Positions 19,124-27,849 of a stretch of 64,000 nucleotides of DNA are shown piece after piece. The stretch lies in contig SVJY01000005.1 of NCBI GenBank assembly GCA_015068765.1, positions 1,968 to 65,967 on the forward strand, in the 5' to 3' direction. The stretch's first letter is position 1. The number at the start of each line of letters is the position of its first letter. Source of the DNA: Oscillospiraceae bacterium. GTDB lineage: Bacteria; Bacillota; Clostridia; UMGS1883; UMGS1540. Position numbers and translations under genes: made by a program. The notes below the pieces were generated by a model that worked only from the letters and a program-made list of their open reading frames with translations, was not told the origin of the DNA and did not search any database.

Positions 19124-20872
19124 TTATAAGGATTTCCTTTTTGAAATAATATCAACAACAAAACAAGAACCCCAAGAAAAGTCACGAACACTATTAACCT
19201 TTATATCCTGCATATATGGTTGCATAGCCGGGCCTTTTCTGGATAAACGATTTGGTGACACCTTATCACGACTATCATAAAACTCATACACAACACCATC
19301 TGAAAGATACCATTTCTTTATCATTTCTACTGTTTTTTCCTTTATCTCAGCAGCTAATTCATTATATCCATACGCTTCAAGTCCCTGCGCTATTAAATAG
19401 TTAAAATTAAGCCACACTGTACCACGGAACATATCCATTGTCTTATAGGTTTTATCATCAGCGGAAACTGTCGGAATCATAAAGGGTGTTCCGAACTCAT
19501 TCGGGTTTTTAAGATGCTCAACCATATATTCCGCTTTTTCTGCATCACAAACACCTGCAAATAAAGTAAGAAATGAAGCTACGGATTTTACTTTTATAAA
19601 TGTTCCGTCTTTAAGTCTTTTGTCATAATAAAATTTATCTTCTTCATCCCACAAAAACGCATTTATCTTTGCTTTTAAATTTTCAAAGATGTCATTCCAT
19701 TCTTTTGCTTTATCTTCATATCCTATAATTTTTGCGAGCTTTGACAAACAACGTGCCTCGTTTGCCATAAATGCAGAAAAATCTATACTGTCTGCTCTTG
19801 ACTCACCATCAAATCTCGGTGTGTTATCCATTCCGGATTCTCCAGCTCTGCAATGAACATTCTCGGGGCCTTCTTCATTAATTATCCATTCGAGCAATCC
19901 ATTTTTGTTAAGGTCACGATTTTGCATATCCCATTTGAGATAGCCCTCTAACTTGTCAAATGCTTCAACAACAAATGAATCGTTTTTAAACTCCTTGTAA
20001 AGTTCGTACACTGCCCATGCCAAAAGAGGAGGCTGGGTTACCCCTTCCTGTATTCCCAATGGTGATATGGAGTGTGAAATATAACCATCTTCGTGTTGTC
20101 CGCAGAATAATGCCCTGATAGTATTCTCGCCCATTTCCTGAGAAATGTACTTCATTCCTACTGAATGATAAGCAGAATCCCACAGCCACATTTTTTTATG
20201 TGGATGTCTGTCAGGAGTTGTCCAATAAGTTTTAATTGGTTCTTCCGGAGAATATATCATAGACTTCATAACAGAGAAACATTTATAATAAAGTCTTTCT
20301 TCGTCTTCATCTTTAAATACAGGTCTTTCCAACTTTTCATAAAAAGCGATTCGTTCTTTAGCAATAGCATCTGTATCAATATTAACAGCTGACAATACAT
20401 TTTTATCTGCATTTTCTCCGTATGAGAATGCCATTTGTACTGTTTCACCATCTATTTTATCGTAATATGCAAACTTAAGTTCATCTCTTGTATAGATTTT
20501 AACTCCGTTTCTTTCTTCTACATTCATTTCTTCGTCAAAATCTATTCTCATACTTACCCTGTTTGTTGCTTTTACCACAACAGTATTTTCGGAAGCATAC
20601 ATCATGTTAAATACATGCTCATTTTCATCCATATCAACTGTATATGCCTTTATTAAATCGCTCGTTACAATATCATATAAGACGTTTTGTGTATCTTTAA
20701 GTTTAAATTTAATATAGGACCTTACAGGTGTTTTAAATTCCACACCAATACAATCACCAAGCAGATATCCTACCAAGCTGTTTGTAAAAGTATTTTCTCC
20801 ATTTAAGCCTGAATACGAAAAGCAGGCCCCTTGTCCCCATATATTTGGTAATTTAATTTCATTGTTTTTCAT
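19124..20872 (-). CDS. (alpha/alpha)6-barrel glycoside hydrolase, GH63/MGH1-like
   Basis: 582 aa, cytoplasmic. WLWDSAYHSVG, GESGMDNTPRFD and FRGTVWLNFNY resemble MGH1/GH63-type six-hairpin enzymes. This is the most AT-rich gene in the window. Confidence 0.55.
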   Translation of the reverse strand: MKNNEIKLPNIWGQGACFSYSGLNGENTFTNSLVGYLLGDCIGVEFKTPVRSYIKFKLKDTQNVLYDIVTSDLIKAYTVDMDENEHVFNMMYASENTVVVKATNRVSMRIDFDEEMNVEERNGVKIYTRDELKFAYYDKIDGETVQMAFSYGENADKNVLSAVNIDTDAIAKERIAFYEKLERPVFKDEDEERLYYKCFSVMKSMIYSPEEPIKTYWTTPDRHPHKKMWLWDSAYHSVGMKYISQEMGENTIRALFCGQHEDGYISHSISPLGIQEGVTQPPLLAWAVYELYKEFKNDSFVVEAFDKLEGYLKWDMQNRDLNKNGLLEWIINEEGPENVHCRAGESGMDNTPRFDGESRADSIDFSAFMANEARCLSKLAKIIGYEDKAKEWNDIFENLKAKINAFLWDEEDKFYYDKRLKDGTFIKVKSVASFLTLFAGVCDAEKAEYMVEHLKNPNEFGTPFMIPTVSADDKTYKTMDMFRGTVWLNFNYLIAQGLEAYGYNELAAEIKEKTVEMIKKWYLSDGVVYEFYDSRDKVSPNRLSRKGPAMQPYMQDIKVNSVRDFSWGSCFVVDIISKRKSL

Positions 20873-21098
20873 AATTACAACCTCTTTCTTATCTTAAAAT
20901 AATTTGGCTAAATCAAAAAATGAAAATTAGACTTTTCAAGTCTATGGTTGTATTATAAAGCATTTTACATACAAATCAAATGATTTTTTTTGATTATTTA
21001 AATGAAGTTTTTGTATGATATCTTGTAATTTTACTGCGATTATACCACGCGTTTATGTATAATTCCTCATTGACTTTTTATGATATATCCGTTATGCC

Positions 21099-21851
21099 GT
21101 GCTTTTAACATGTTATCAACGGAATAATAGCCCTTATGCAGAACTCTTTGCGGAAGTCGATGCATTAAAAGCAGAGCTTGACAAACGCCGACCTCTCACA
21201 CAAGGCGAACTGCAACGACTTCGTGATGAATTTTTAATCGAATATACCTATAACTCAAATGCCATTGAGGGCAACACCTTGACGCTTCAGGAAACAGCTT
21301 TGGTTCTGGAAGGCGTTACAGTTGATAAGAAACCACTGAAGGACCACCTTGAAGCAGTAGGACACCGTGACGCATTTCTGTTTGTAGAAGCTTTGGTAAA
21401 AAACAAGGTGCCTTTTTCCGAAAGCATCATAAAGCAAATTCACACTTTGCTTCTGATGGACCGACCGGAAGATCGCGGGGTGTATCGCCGTATTCCCGTG
21501 CGAATAATGGGCGCTTACCATGAGCCACCCGATCCGATTCTTGTGCCGGAACAAATGGAGAAGCTTGTCGCAGAGTTTTCAAATGATAAAAAACTACACC
21601 CCATAGAGCGTGCAGCACTGTTCCATTTGAAATTTGAAGGTATCCATCCGTTTGTGGATGGCAACGGTCGAACCGGGCGACTGATTCTGAACCTTATGCT
21701 GATGCAGGCAGGCTATCCACCAATCAATGTTAAGTATTCGGATAGAAAACGGTATTATGAAGCGTTTGATGACTATTACCGAAAAAACACCGTTAATAGT
21801 ATGCTAGAAATATTTTCTATTAACATCTTAAAAAGATTTCGTAGCATTTAG
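21099..21851 (+). CDS. Fic-family protein (class II type, with N-terminal inhibitory motif)
   Basis: Fic active-site motif HPFVDGNGRTGRLILN. An upstream SNAIEGN matches the (S/T)xxxE(G/N) auto-inhibition motif. The GTG start is uncertain and no good RBS was seen. Confidence 0.85.
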   Translation: MLLTCYQRNNSPYAELFAEVDALKAELDKRRPLTQGELQRLRDEFLIEYTYNSNAIEGNTLTLQETALVLEGVTVDKKPLKDHLEAVGHRDAFLFVEALVKNKVPFSESIIKQIHTLLLMDRPEDRGVYRRIPVRIMGAYHEPPDPILVPEQMEKLVAEFSNDKKLHPIERAALFHLKFEGIHPFVDGNGRTGRLILNLMLMQAGYPPINVKYSDRKRYYEAFDDYYRKNTVNSMLEIFSINILKRFRSI

Positions 21852-21862
21852 GAGAAATACAA

Positions 21863-22444
21863 ATGAAGAAACTTATATTAATATTAGGAAATGGTCTAAC
21901 AATGGATTTACTTTCTAATTTAGATACTGAAAAACCCAACATTGATTTAATTAATTTGTTTTCTAAAGGAGATACTGTTATATGGCCAGATGGTAACCAA
22001 GAAAGAGGTTTTTTGTCATATAAGCATTGCCCATCGCTGTGGAATTTAGGAGCACGCCCTAATATGGCAGATTTAAAGAAAGTGTATGCAGCAATTGATG
22101 AACAGACAGCACTCTCCGAGCTTGAAAACTTTGATGAAAAATGGGGTAATAAATATCCTAAGATAGCAATATCCTGGCGTGACAACTGGGCAAATTTATC
22201 GACATATTTTAAATATCCCCAAGAGGTTAGAACGCTAATTTACACTACGAATGCCATAGAAGGCTTTAATCGTCAGCTTCGTAAGGTTACCAAAAACAAA
22301 GGTGTATTTCCTACGGATGAGAGCCTTCTCAAGATGCTTTATCTTGCGATGATGGATATTACCAAGAAATGGACAGGCAAACGCTGTGAATGGGGACAAA
22401 TTCATTCACAGCTTGAACTTTTCTTTGCGGACAGATTATGCTGA
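21863..22444 (+). pseudogene. Chimeric ORF: about 68 aa of an unrelated AT-rich gene (GNG-motif N-terminus, DUF4917/SIR2-like?) fused in frame to the C-terminal ~125 aa of an IS256-family transposase
   Basis: From about aa 69 onward, ADLKKVYAAIDEQTALSELENFDEKWGNKYPKIAISWRDNWANLSTYFKYPQEVRTLIYTTNAIEGFNRQLRKVTKNKGVFPTDESLLKMLYLAMMDITKKW matches the conserved IS256/Mutator transposase C-terminus. The base composition changes at the junction. Confidence 0.7.
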
Positions 22445-22630
22445 TAGCATAAAATCCCAGGCAAATCAAGGGTAAAATTAACGCCCTCATAACGAGGGCG
22501 CCCTTGACATGTCTGAGCTTTTATGCTATATTGTGACTAAAGGATGAAATCCTAAAATATGGATTTCATCCCTCAAAAACACTTAGATTATATTATCATT
22601 TTGGAGTTTACACAAAATCGGGGAAATACC
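22067..22630 (+). mobile_element. 3' remnant of an IS256-family insertion sequence (transposase C-terminus plus putative right end)
   Basis: Transposase C-terminal coding sequence, about 180 bp of non-coding tail, and a terminal TTTACACAAAATC-like sequence near 22606-22620 reminiscent of IS256-type ends. No 5' part of the IS is present. An outward-facing promoter-like TTGACA-17-TATATT lies at 22504-22532. Confidence 0.6.
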
Positions 22631-22633
22631 CAA

Positions 22634-22663
22634 AGAAACCCGCCTTTTTCATGGCGGGTTTCT
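22634..22663. terminator. Hairpin AGAAACCCGCC-N8-GGCGGGTTTCT, candidate terminator
   Basis: Perfect 11-bp inverted repeat seen directly, located between the IS remnant and the 3' end of the LacI gene. Confidence 0.4.
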
Positions 22664-22855
22664 TTGCTATCTGAATTGATTTGTTCAACATAAACTACTT
22701 CTTCTCATATACTTTTTCGATAAAATTCGGCTACAATAAAGATAACTAAATTATAATCCTCTACTTTGGATTACAGTACATTCGGTCCATATCGTTCTAT
22801 TTTTCTATATGAAGATTTATCATGCACAGAGGCTTTCCACTGCCGCTTATACGCT

Positions 22856-23836
22856 CTATTTAAATTCAAAAAGCTTCACATCAATAATTTCATGAAATTT
22901 TTCTTTGGAACCATTCATTTTCTGATACAGAATCGAAGATGCCTTATCTGCCCAACCGCCATCTGTCATACCGACACTGATACTTACACCGGGACAGTAT
23001 AAATGTGCATTGATAGCATCAAAACCCACAACAGGTACCGTTGATACAATGGGATGTGATTTAAATCTTGAAATAATCTCAAAAGCAATCAAGTCAGAAA
23101 ATGCAATAATTGAATCGAACGGAATCTTATCCGTCAGAATTTTTTGCAACACCGATTCCACATAATTGGATTTGGGTTCCATTTCAATAAACATAGCTTC
23201 GGAAACATGTATCCCTTTTTCCTCGAATGCTTTTTGTATGCCTTGAAACCTGTTTCCGCTCGACTCAATATATTTGTATGCGCCGATATACAGCGGATTT
23301 TTACAGCCCTGCCCCGCAAGATACTCTCCCAGAATGTAGCCGGACTTAAAATCATCACCGCAAACATAATCCGTATCTATCTCCGAAAAAAATCTACCAA
23401 TCAGAACATACGGAATATGTAACCCATTTAAAAACTCTATATTTTTTGTACTGTGTTGCGATGGGCAAAGTAAAATCCCGTCAACACTCTTACTACATGC
23501 GGTTATAATGGCATCCCGTTCCGTCTCTTCGCTTTCATTTGTATTTAAAATCAGCACCGTATACTGCATAAGACGCATCTTGTCTTCAATCAGTTTAATC
23601 TGATATGCAATATGCGGATTGGAAATATCGGGTACAATTGCCGCAATTGTTTTTGACTTTCCCGAGCGTAGGGATGTTGCAGATGCGTTTGGAATATATC
23701 CTAATTTTTTCGCGGTTTTTAAAACTTTCTCTCTGGTTTCCTCCGATATGTCGTCTCTTCCGTTCATTACGTGAGAAACCGTTCCTATTGTTACGTTCAG
23801 CTCTTGAGCGATATCTTTTAATGTTACTTTTTTCAT
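22856..23836 (-). CDS. LacI/GalR-family transcriptional repressor
   Basis: 326 aa. N-terminal HTH (VTLKDIAQELNVTIGTVSHVMNGRDDISEETREKVLKTAKKLGYIPN) plus a periplasmic-binding-protein-like sugar-binding core. Confidence 0.9.
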   Translation of the reverse strand: MKKVTLKDIAQELNVTIGTVSHVMNGRDDISEETREKVLKTAKKLGYIPNASATSLRSGKSKTIAAIVPDISNPHIAYQIKLIEDKMRLMQYTVLILNTNESEETERDAIITACSKSVDGILLCPSQHSTKNIEFLNGLHIPYVLIGRFFSEIDTDYVCGDDFKSGYILGEYLAGQGCKNPLYIGAYKYIESSGNRFQGIQKAFEEKGIHVSEAMFIEMEPKSNYVESVLQKILTDKIPFDSIIAFSDLIAFEIISRFKSHPIVSTVPVVGFDAINAHLYCPGVSISVGMTDGGWADKASSILYQKMNGSKEKFHEIIDVKLFEFK

Positions 23837-23880
23837 TCCACTTACCTCTCTGTTTATTAAATTATAATGTATTTTTTACC

Positions 23881-23906
23881 AATTTGTCAATAACTATTGA
23901 CAAATT
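23881..23906. promoter_or_regulatory. 26-bp palindrome carrying two back-to-back TTGACA -35 boxes for divergent promoters (LacI gene and the MPE-GH2 operon)
   Basis: AATTTGTCAATA-AC-TATTGACAAATT. On the plus strand TTGACA is followed by 17 nt and then TACTAT. On the minus strand TTGACA is followed by 18 nt and then TATAAT, upstream of the LacI start. Confidence 0.55.
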
Positions 23907-23920
23907 CTTGATTTTATGCT

Positions 23921-23936
23921 ACTATAACGATATAGT
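23921..23936. promoter_or_regulatory. LacI-type operator candidate (16-bp palindrome centred on CG) overlapping the -10/+1 of the plus-strand promoter
   Basis: ACTATAA-CG-ATATAGT. The 18-mer TACTATAACGATATAGTG recurs in the same promoter context at 46483-46501 on the minus strand. A second palindrome, TGACAA-T-TTGTCA, lies at 23936-23948. Confidence 0.55.
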
Positions 23937-23965
23937 GACAATTTGTCAGAAAGGATGCACTTCAT

Positions 23966-24889
23966 ATGGGAAAGGATATTCTGTTCGGAATTTGTGCGGA
24001 TGCACACCAATCCATACAAAACGATATTTCAGGCAGGATTCGTGCTTTTGTAGAAGAAGCTTCAAAGCGAAAGGCAGATTTTATCATTCAGCTTGGTGAT
24101 TTTGTGTTGCCGGATGCCTCCGGTGAAAAAGCCCTCGCGGCGTGGAATAAATTCAGCGGCCCCCGTTATCATGTGCTTGGGAATCACGATACGGAAATGG
24201 GCGGCAAGGAAGCTGTAATGTCCTTTCAGGGACAGAAAGAAAAATATTACAGCTTTGATGCCGGGGATTATCATTTTATTGTTCTCGATACAAATTACTT
24301 TAAATACGGCGACGATTTTATAGATTATAAAGATCTCAATTATCGTGCTTCCGAATCCTTCAACTGTTACATTCCTCCTTTTCAGCTAAAATGGCTTGCC
24401 GAGGATTTGGATAAAACAGATAAACGTTGTTTTATTTTTACCCATGCTGCACTTTGCGTTGGTGACTGGGTGGTTTATAATTTACATGAATTTATGGACG
24501 TTTTATGGCTCGCCAACCAAAAAGCAGGCTTTAATAAGGTAACGATGTGTTTTTCAGGGCATGACCACGCCGATGCCTATCTTTTCAAAGGCGGTATCCA
24601 TTATGTTCTGGTAAACAGCTTAAGTCATAAATATATCGGCCCGAAATACACACAGCATTCTTCTCATGCGACGACGGTGGAAAAGGAATACGGAAAGCTG
24701 GATTATGTTGTACCGTATAAAGATCCTCTGTATGCATTTGTAAGGCTGAAGGAAAACGGACTGATTCAGATTATGGGAAAACAGTCGGAATATGTAGGGA
24801 ACAGTCCTATGGAATTACACTGGGAGCATTATGCTTCTCCCCAAATTTCGTATAGGGAGGTATGGATGAATGGCATTGGCGAATTATGA
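23966..24889 (+). CDS. Calcineurin-like metallophosphoesterase
   Basis: 307 aa. Motifs GICADAH, QLGDFV, GNHD and GHDH. Paralogous to the ORF at 52473-53555 (shared YYSFD.G..HF.VLD.NY). Confidence 0.85.
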   Translation: MGKDILFGICADAHQSIQNDISGRIRAFVEEASKRKADFIIQLGDFVLPDASGEKALAAWNKFSGPRYHVLGNHDTEMGGKEAVMSFQGQKEKYYSFDAGDYHFIVLDTNYFKYGDDFIDYKDLNYRASESFNCYIPPFQLKWLAEDLDKTDKRCFIFTHAALCVGDWVVYNLHEFMDVLWLANQKAGFNKVTMCFSGHDHADAYLFKGGIHYVLVNSLSHKYIGPKYTQHSSHATTVEKEYGKLDYVVPYKDPLYAFVRLKENGLIQIMGKQSEYVGNSPMELHWEHYASPQISYREVWMNGIGEL

Positions 24890-27095
24890 TATGATACTCC
24901 GCGACGGTTGGAAATTTCATCACGGAGAGCTTGACAGAGTCAGCGAAATGCCCATTAACTTATCCCATGCCACCAGTAAAGCCGGCGGTGCCCTGAAAGA
25001 ACTGGATATGTTCAAAGAAGAAACCGTATGGCAGTCTGTGCGCGTACCCCATGACTGGGCAACGGAGCTGCCTCTCGATAAAGAGGCATATGCCGCAGGC
25101 GGTTTTAAAGAAAGAGGAACGGGATGGTACTTTATTTCTTTTCGTTTGCCCGAAGATGAAATCGGCGATGCCAGCCTTATATTTGACGGCGTACTGGGAA
25201 AATGCGAAGTGTTTGTAAACGGTACTGTGGCAGGACGGAATTTCAGCGGCTATAACCGCTTCAGCTTTGATGTGGGCGATTATCTGCTGGAAAACGAGGA
25301 AAATTCCATCGCCGTTTATGTCGATGCAAGAAGATGGGAGGGCTGGTGGTATGAAGGTGCCGGTCTTTACAGAAATGTTTACTTACAATTTCGTGGCAAA
25401 TCCCATTTAGATATGGAAAAATGCTTTGTCAGAAGCGAAAAAAAGGACGGCCGATGGATGGTAGAAGCCGATTTAATCGGCATCGGCACGGATGAGACCA
25501 TGCAGTATCGCCTTTGTCTTACGGACAAAAAAGGAAACTGCATAGGAACGAAAACCGCTTCAGCAAAGGGAGAAACCATTGCCATGCCGGTGGAAAATCC
25601 GACGCTCTGGTCGCCGGAAACGCCGGAATTATATACCCTGACTTGTACCCTTGAAAAGGATGACGAAATCCTGGATACCTTTAAAGCAGGGGTGGGCTTT
25701 CGCCTAATAGAATGGAAAGCGGACGAGGGTATGTTTTTGAACGGAAAGCGGTATCCCGTAAAGGGAATCTGCTGTCATCAGGATCATGCAGGCGTAGGCG
25801 CGGCAGTACCGGATGCACTCATGGAATACCGCATTTCCATATTGAAATCGCTCGGCATCAACGCCTACCGCTGTGCCCATCACGCTCCGACAGAAACACT
25901 TTTAGAAATATGTGACCGTCAGGGAATGCTTGTGATGGTTGAAAACCGAAATTTTGCGGTATCAGAAGATGTGCTGCGCCAGCTTTCTTCTCTTGTTTAT
26001 GTTTCCAGAAACCATCCCAGCGTATTTTTATACAGTTTATTTAATGAAGAGCCATGGCAAAGAGAAGACCGCGGCAGGCGCATTGCCGAAAAAATGCGGG
26101 CGCACATTTTAAAGCTGGATGATACCCGTCCCATCACCGGTGCGCAAAACGGCGGGCTTCTGGAAAAATCCAATGCTTCGGACGCACTGGACGTCATCGG
26201 TGCAAACTATCATCTTGCCGAGTATGATTCTTCCCACGCACGCACGCCGAACAAGGTTATGATCGGAACAGAAAACTGCCCGACCTATGCTACAAGAGGT
26301 GTGCATGCCACCGACAAGGATAAACAAATTTTTGCAAACTACAGCGAGGACTGGGGGGACTTTTCGGAGTCGCTCACCGAAACGATGCACACGGCATTTT
26401 ATAAGCCATACGTGGCAGGCTGTTTTGCATGGAGCGGTTTTGATTACAGAGGGGAGCCGACGCCTTATGGCTGGCCAAGCGTGCTGTCCCATTGGGGCTT
26501 TACCGATTACTGCGGATTTCCAAAGGACCACGCCTATCTTCTTGCCTCATGGTACAGAGAAGAATTGTTTGTGCACCTCTTCCCCCATTGGAATCATACG
26601 CCGGGCGAGGTGGTGCGCGTATGCGCCTATACCAACGCCGAAAAGGCGGAGCTTTTTGTAAACGACTGCTCGCAGGGCGAAATTGCCGTAACCGACTGTC
26701 GTGCCGAATGGCGCGTGCCCTTTACACCGGGTACGATTCGGGTGTGCGCCGCCCGAAACGGACAGACCGCACGTGACGAAGTGAAAACGGCAGGCGCGCC
26801 TGCTTGTATCCGTATTTTGAATACAACACCGGACAAAGCGGATGCAGATGCGCACATTGTGAATGTGTGTATAACGGATGCGGACGGGACGGTAGTACCC
26901 GACTGCAATAAAACGGTATCCTTTGCCGTACCCGCCGGTACCCTTTTAGGGGTTGGCAACGGCGATCCGAACGGACACCTCAATGAAAAAGCAAACAGCA
27001 TCCCGCTTTTCAACGGCTTTGCGCAGCTTATCACCACCGCCGATGCCGTAACGGTAAGCACCGAAGGACTGCCGGACGCACATATCCGATTATAG
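24870..27095 (+). CDS. Glycoside hydrolase family 2 (beta-galactosidase/beta-mannosidase/glucuronidase-type)
   Basis: 741 aa, cytoplasmic. Sugar-binding jelly roll (WYFISF...LIFDGVLGKCEVFVNG), an Ig-like linker (LWSPETPELYTL), and a TIM barrel with RCAHHAP and the acid/base motif NHPSVFLYSLFNEEP. GGGAGG RBS 9 nt upstream. Overlaps the preceding gene by 20 nt. Confidence 0.9.
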   Translation: MALANYDMILRDGWKFHHGELDRVSEMPINLSHATSKAGGALKELDMFKEETVWQSVRVPHDWATELPLDKEAYAAGGFKERGTGWYFISFRLPEDEIGDASLIFDGVLGKCEVFVNGTVAGRNFSGYNRFSFDVGDYLLENEENSIAVYVDARRWEGWWYEGAGLYRNVYLQFRGKSHLDMEKCFVRSEKKDGRWMVEADLIGIGTDETMQYRLCLTDKKGNCIGTKTASAKGETIAMPVENPTLWSPETPELYTLTCTLEKDDEILDTFKAGVGFRLIEWKADEGMFLNGKRYPVKGICCHQDHAGVGAAVPDALMEYRISILKSLGINAYRCAHHAPTETLLEICDRQGMLVMVENRNFAVSEDVLRQLSSLVYVSRNHPSVFLYSLFNEEPWQREDRGRRIAEKMRAHILKLDDTRPITGAQNGGLLEKSNASDALDVIGANYHLAEYDSSHARTPNKVMIGTENCPTYATRGVHATDKDKQIFANYSEDWGDFSESLTETMHTAFYKPYVAGCFAWSGFDYRGEPTPYGWPSVLSHWGFTDYCGFPKDHAYLLASWYREELFVHLFPHWNHTPGEVVRVCAYTNAEKAELFVNDCSQGEIAVTDCRAEWRVPFTPGTIRVCAARNGQTARDEVKTAGAPACIRILNTTPDKADADAHIVNVCITDADGTVVPDCNKTVSFAVPAGTLLGVGNGDPNGHLNEKANSIPLFNGFAQLITTADAVTVSTEGLPDAHIRL

Positions 27096-27115
27096 GAAGG
27101 ACAGGATGTGAGTTT

Positions 27116-27844
27116 ATGAAAATTATTGCCGACACGCATACGCACACAATTATGTCCGGACACGCACATTCCACGCTGCTTGAAAACATTCGTGCGGCAA
27201 AAAGCCGCGACCTTTCGTTTTTATGCGTAACAGACCACACAGGCATCATGCCGTGTGCACCGGACAATACATATTTTTCCTGTATGCGCGCCACACTTCC
27301 CGATATATATGAGGGTGTATATTTGCTTCGCGGCTGTGAAGCAAATATACTGGACGAAACAGGACGGCTGGATGTGCCGGAAGGTGTACTGCAAAAGCTT
27401 GAATGGGTTATTGCTTCCATCCACGGTATTTTAACAAAGCCGATGGATGAGATACGGCACACACAGCTCTGGTGCCGGATTGCGGAAAATCCCCATGTGG
27501 ATGTTATCGGGCATTGCGGGGAGGAGGCTTTCCGCTTTGATTATGAGGAGGGCATCCGTGCTTTTGCGGCACATAAAAAAATTGTGGAAATCAATGCGTA
27601 TTCCTTCCGGAGCCGCCCCACAAGCCGCAAAAACTGTATGGAAATTGCGCGGCTTTGCCAAAAGCACGGCGTTCCGCTCGTTATATCCTCTGATGCACAT
27701 TTTGCAGGTGGTGTCGGCGACGTGCAGACTGCGATTGACCATCTTCAGGAGGCAGGCATTGAGGAGCGCAGCATATTAAATGTAAATACAAACCGTTTTG
27801 CACAATATGTAAGTGCAATGACAGGAAGAACTTTTAATGTATAA
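27116..27844 (+). CDS. PHP-family phosphatase (YcdX-like)
   Basis: 242 aa. MKIIADTHTHTIMSGHAHSTL...CVTDH parallels the N-terminus of E. coli YcdX. Confidence 0.85.
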   Translation: MKIIADTHTHTIMSGHAHSTLLENIRAAKSRDLSFLCVTDHTGIMPCAPDNTYFSCMRATLPDIYEGVYLLRGCEANILDETGRLDVPEGVLQKLEWVIASIHGILTKPMDEIRHTQLWCRIAENPHVDVIGHCGEEAFRFDYEEGIRAFAAHKKIVEINAYSFRSRPTSRKNCMEIARLCQKHGVPLVISSDAHFAGGVGDVQTAIDHLQEAGIEERSILNVNTNRFAQYVSAMTGRTFNV

Positions 27845-27849
27845 GGAGA

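Noticed and set aside
22504-22541. Similarity between the IS-remnant promoter-like sequence (TTGACATGTCTGAGCTTTTATGCTATATTG) and the LacI-controlled promoters (TTGACAAATTCTTGATTTTATGCTACTATAACG)
   Set aside because: The shared TTTTATGCTA core lies in the spacer/-10 region, and the CG-centred operator palindrome is absent. This is probably coincidental sigma-A consensus similarity.
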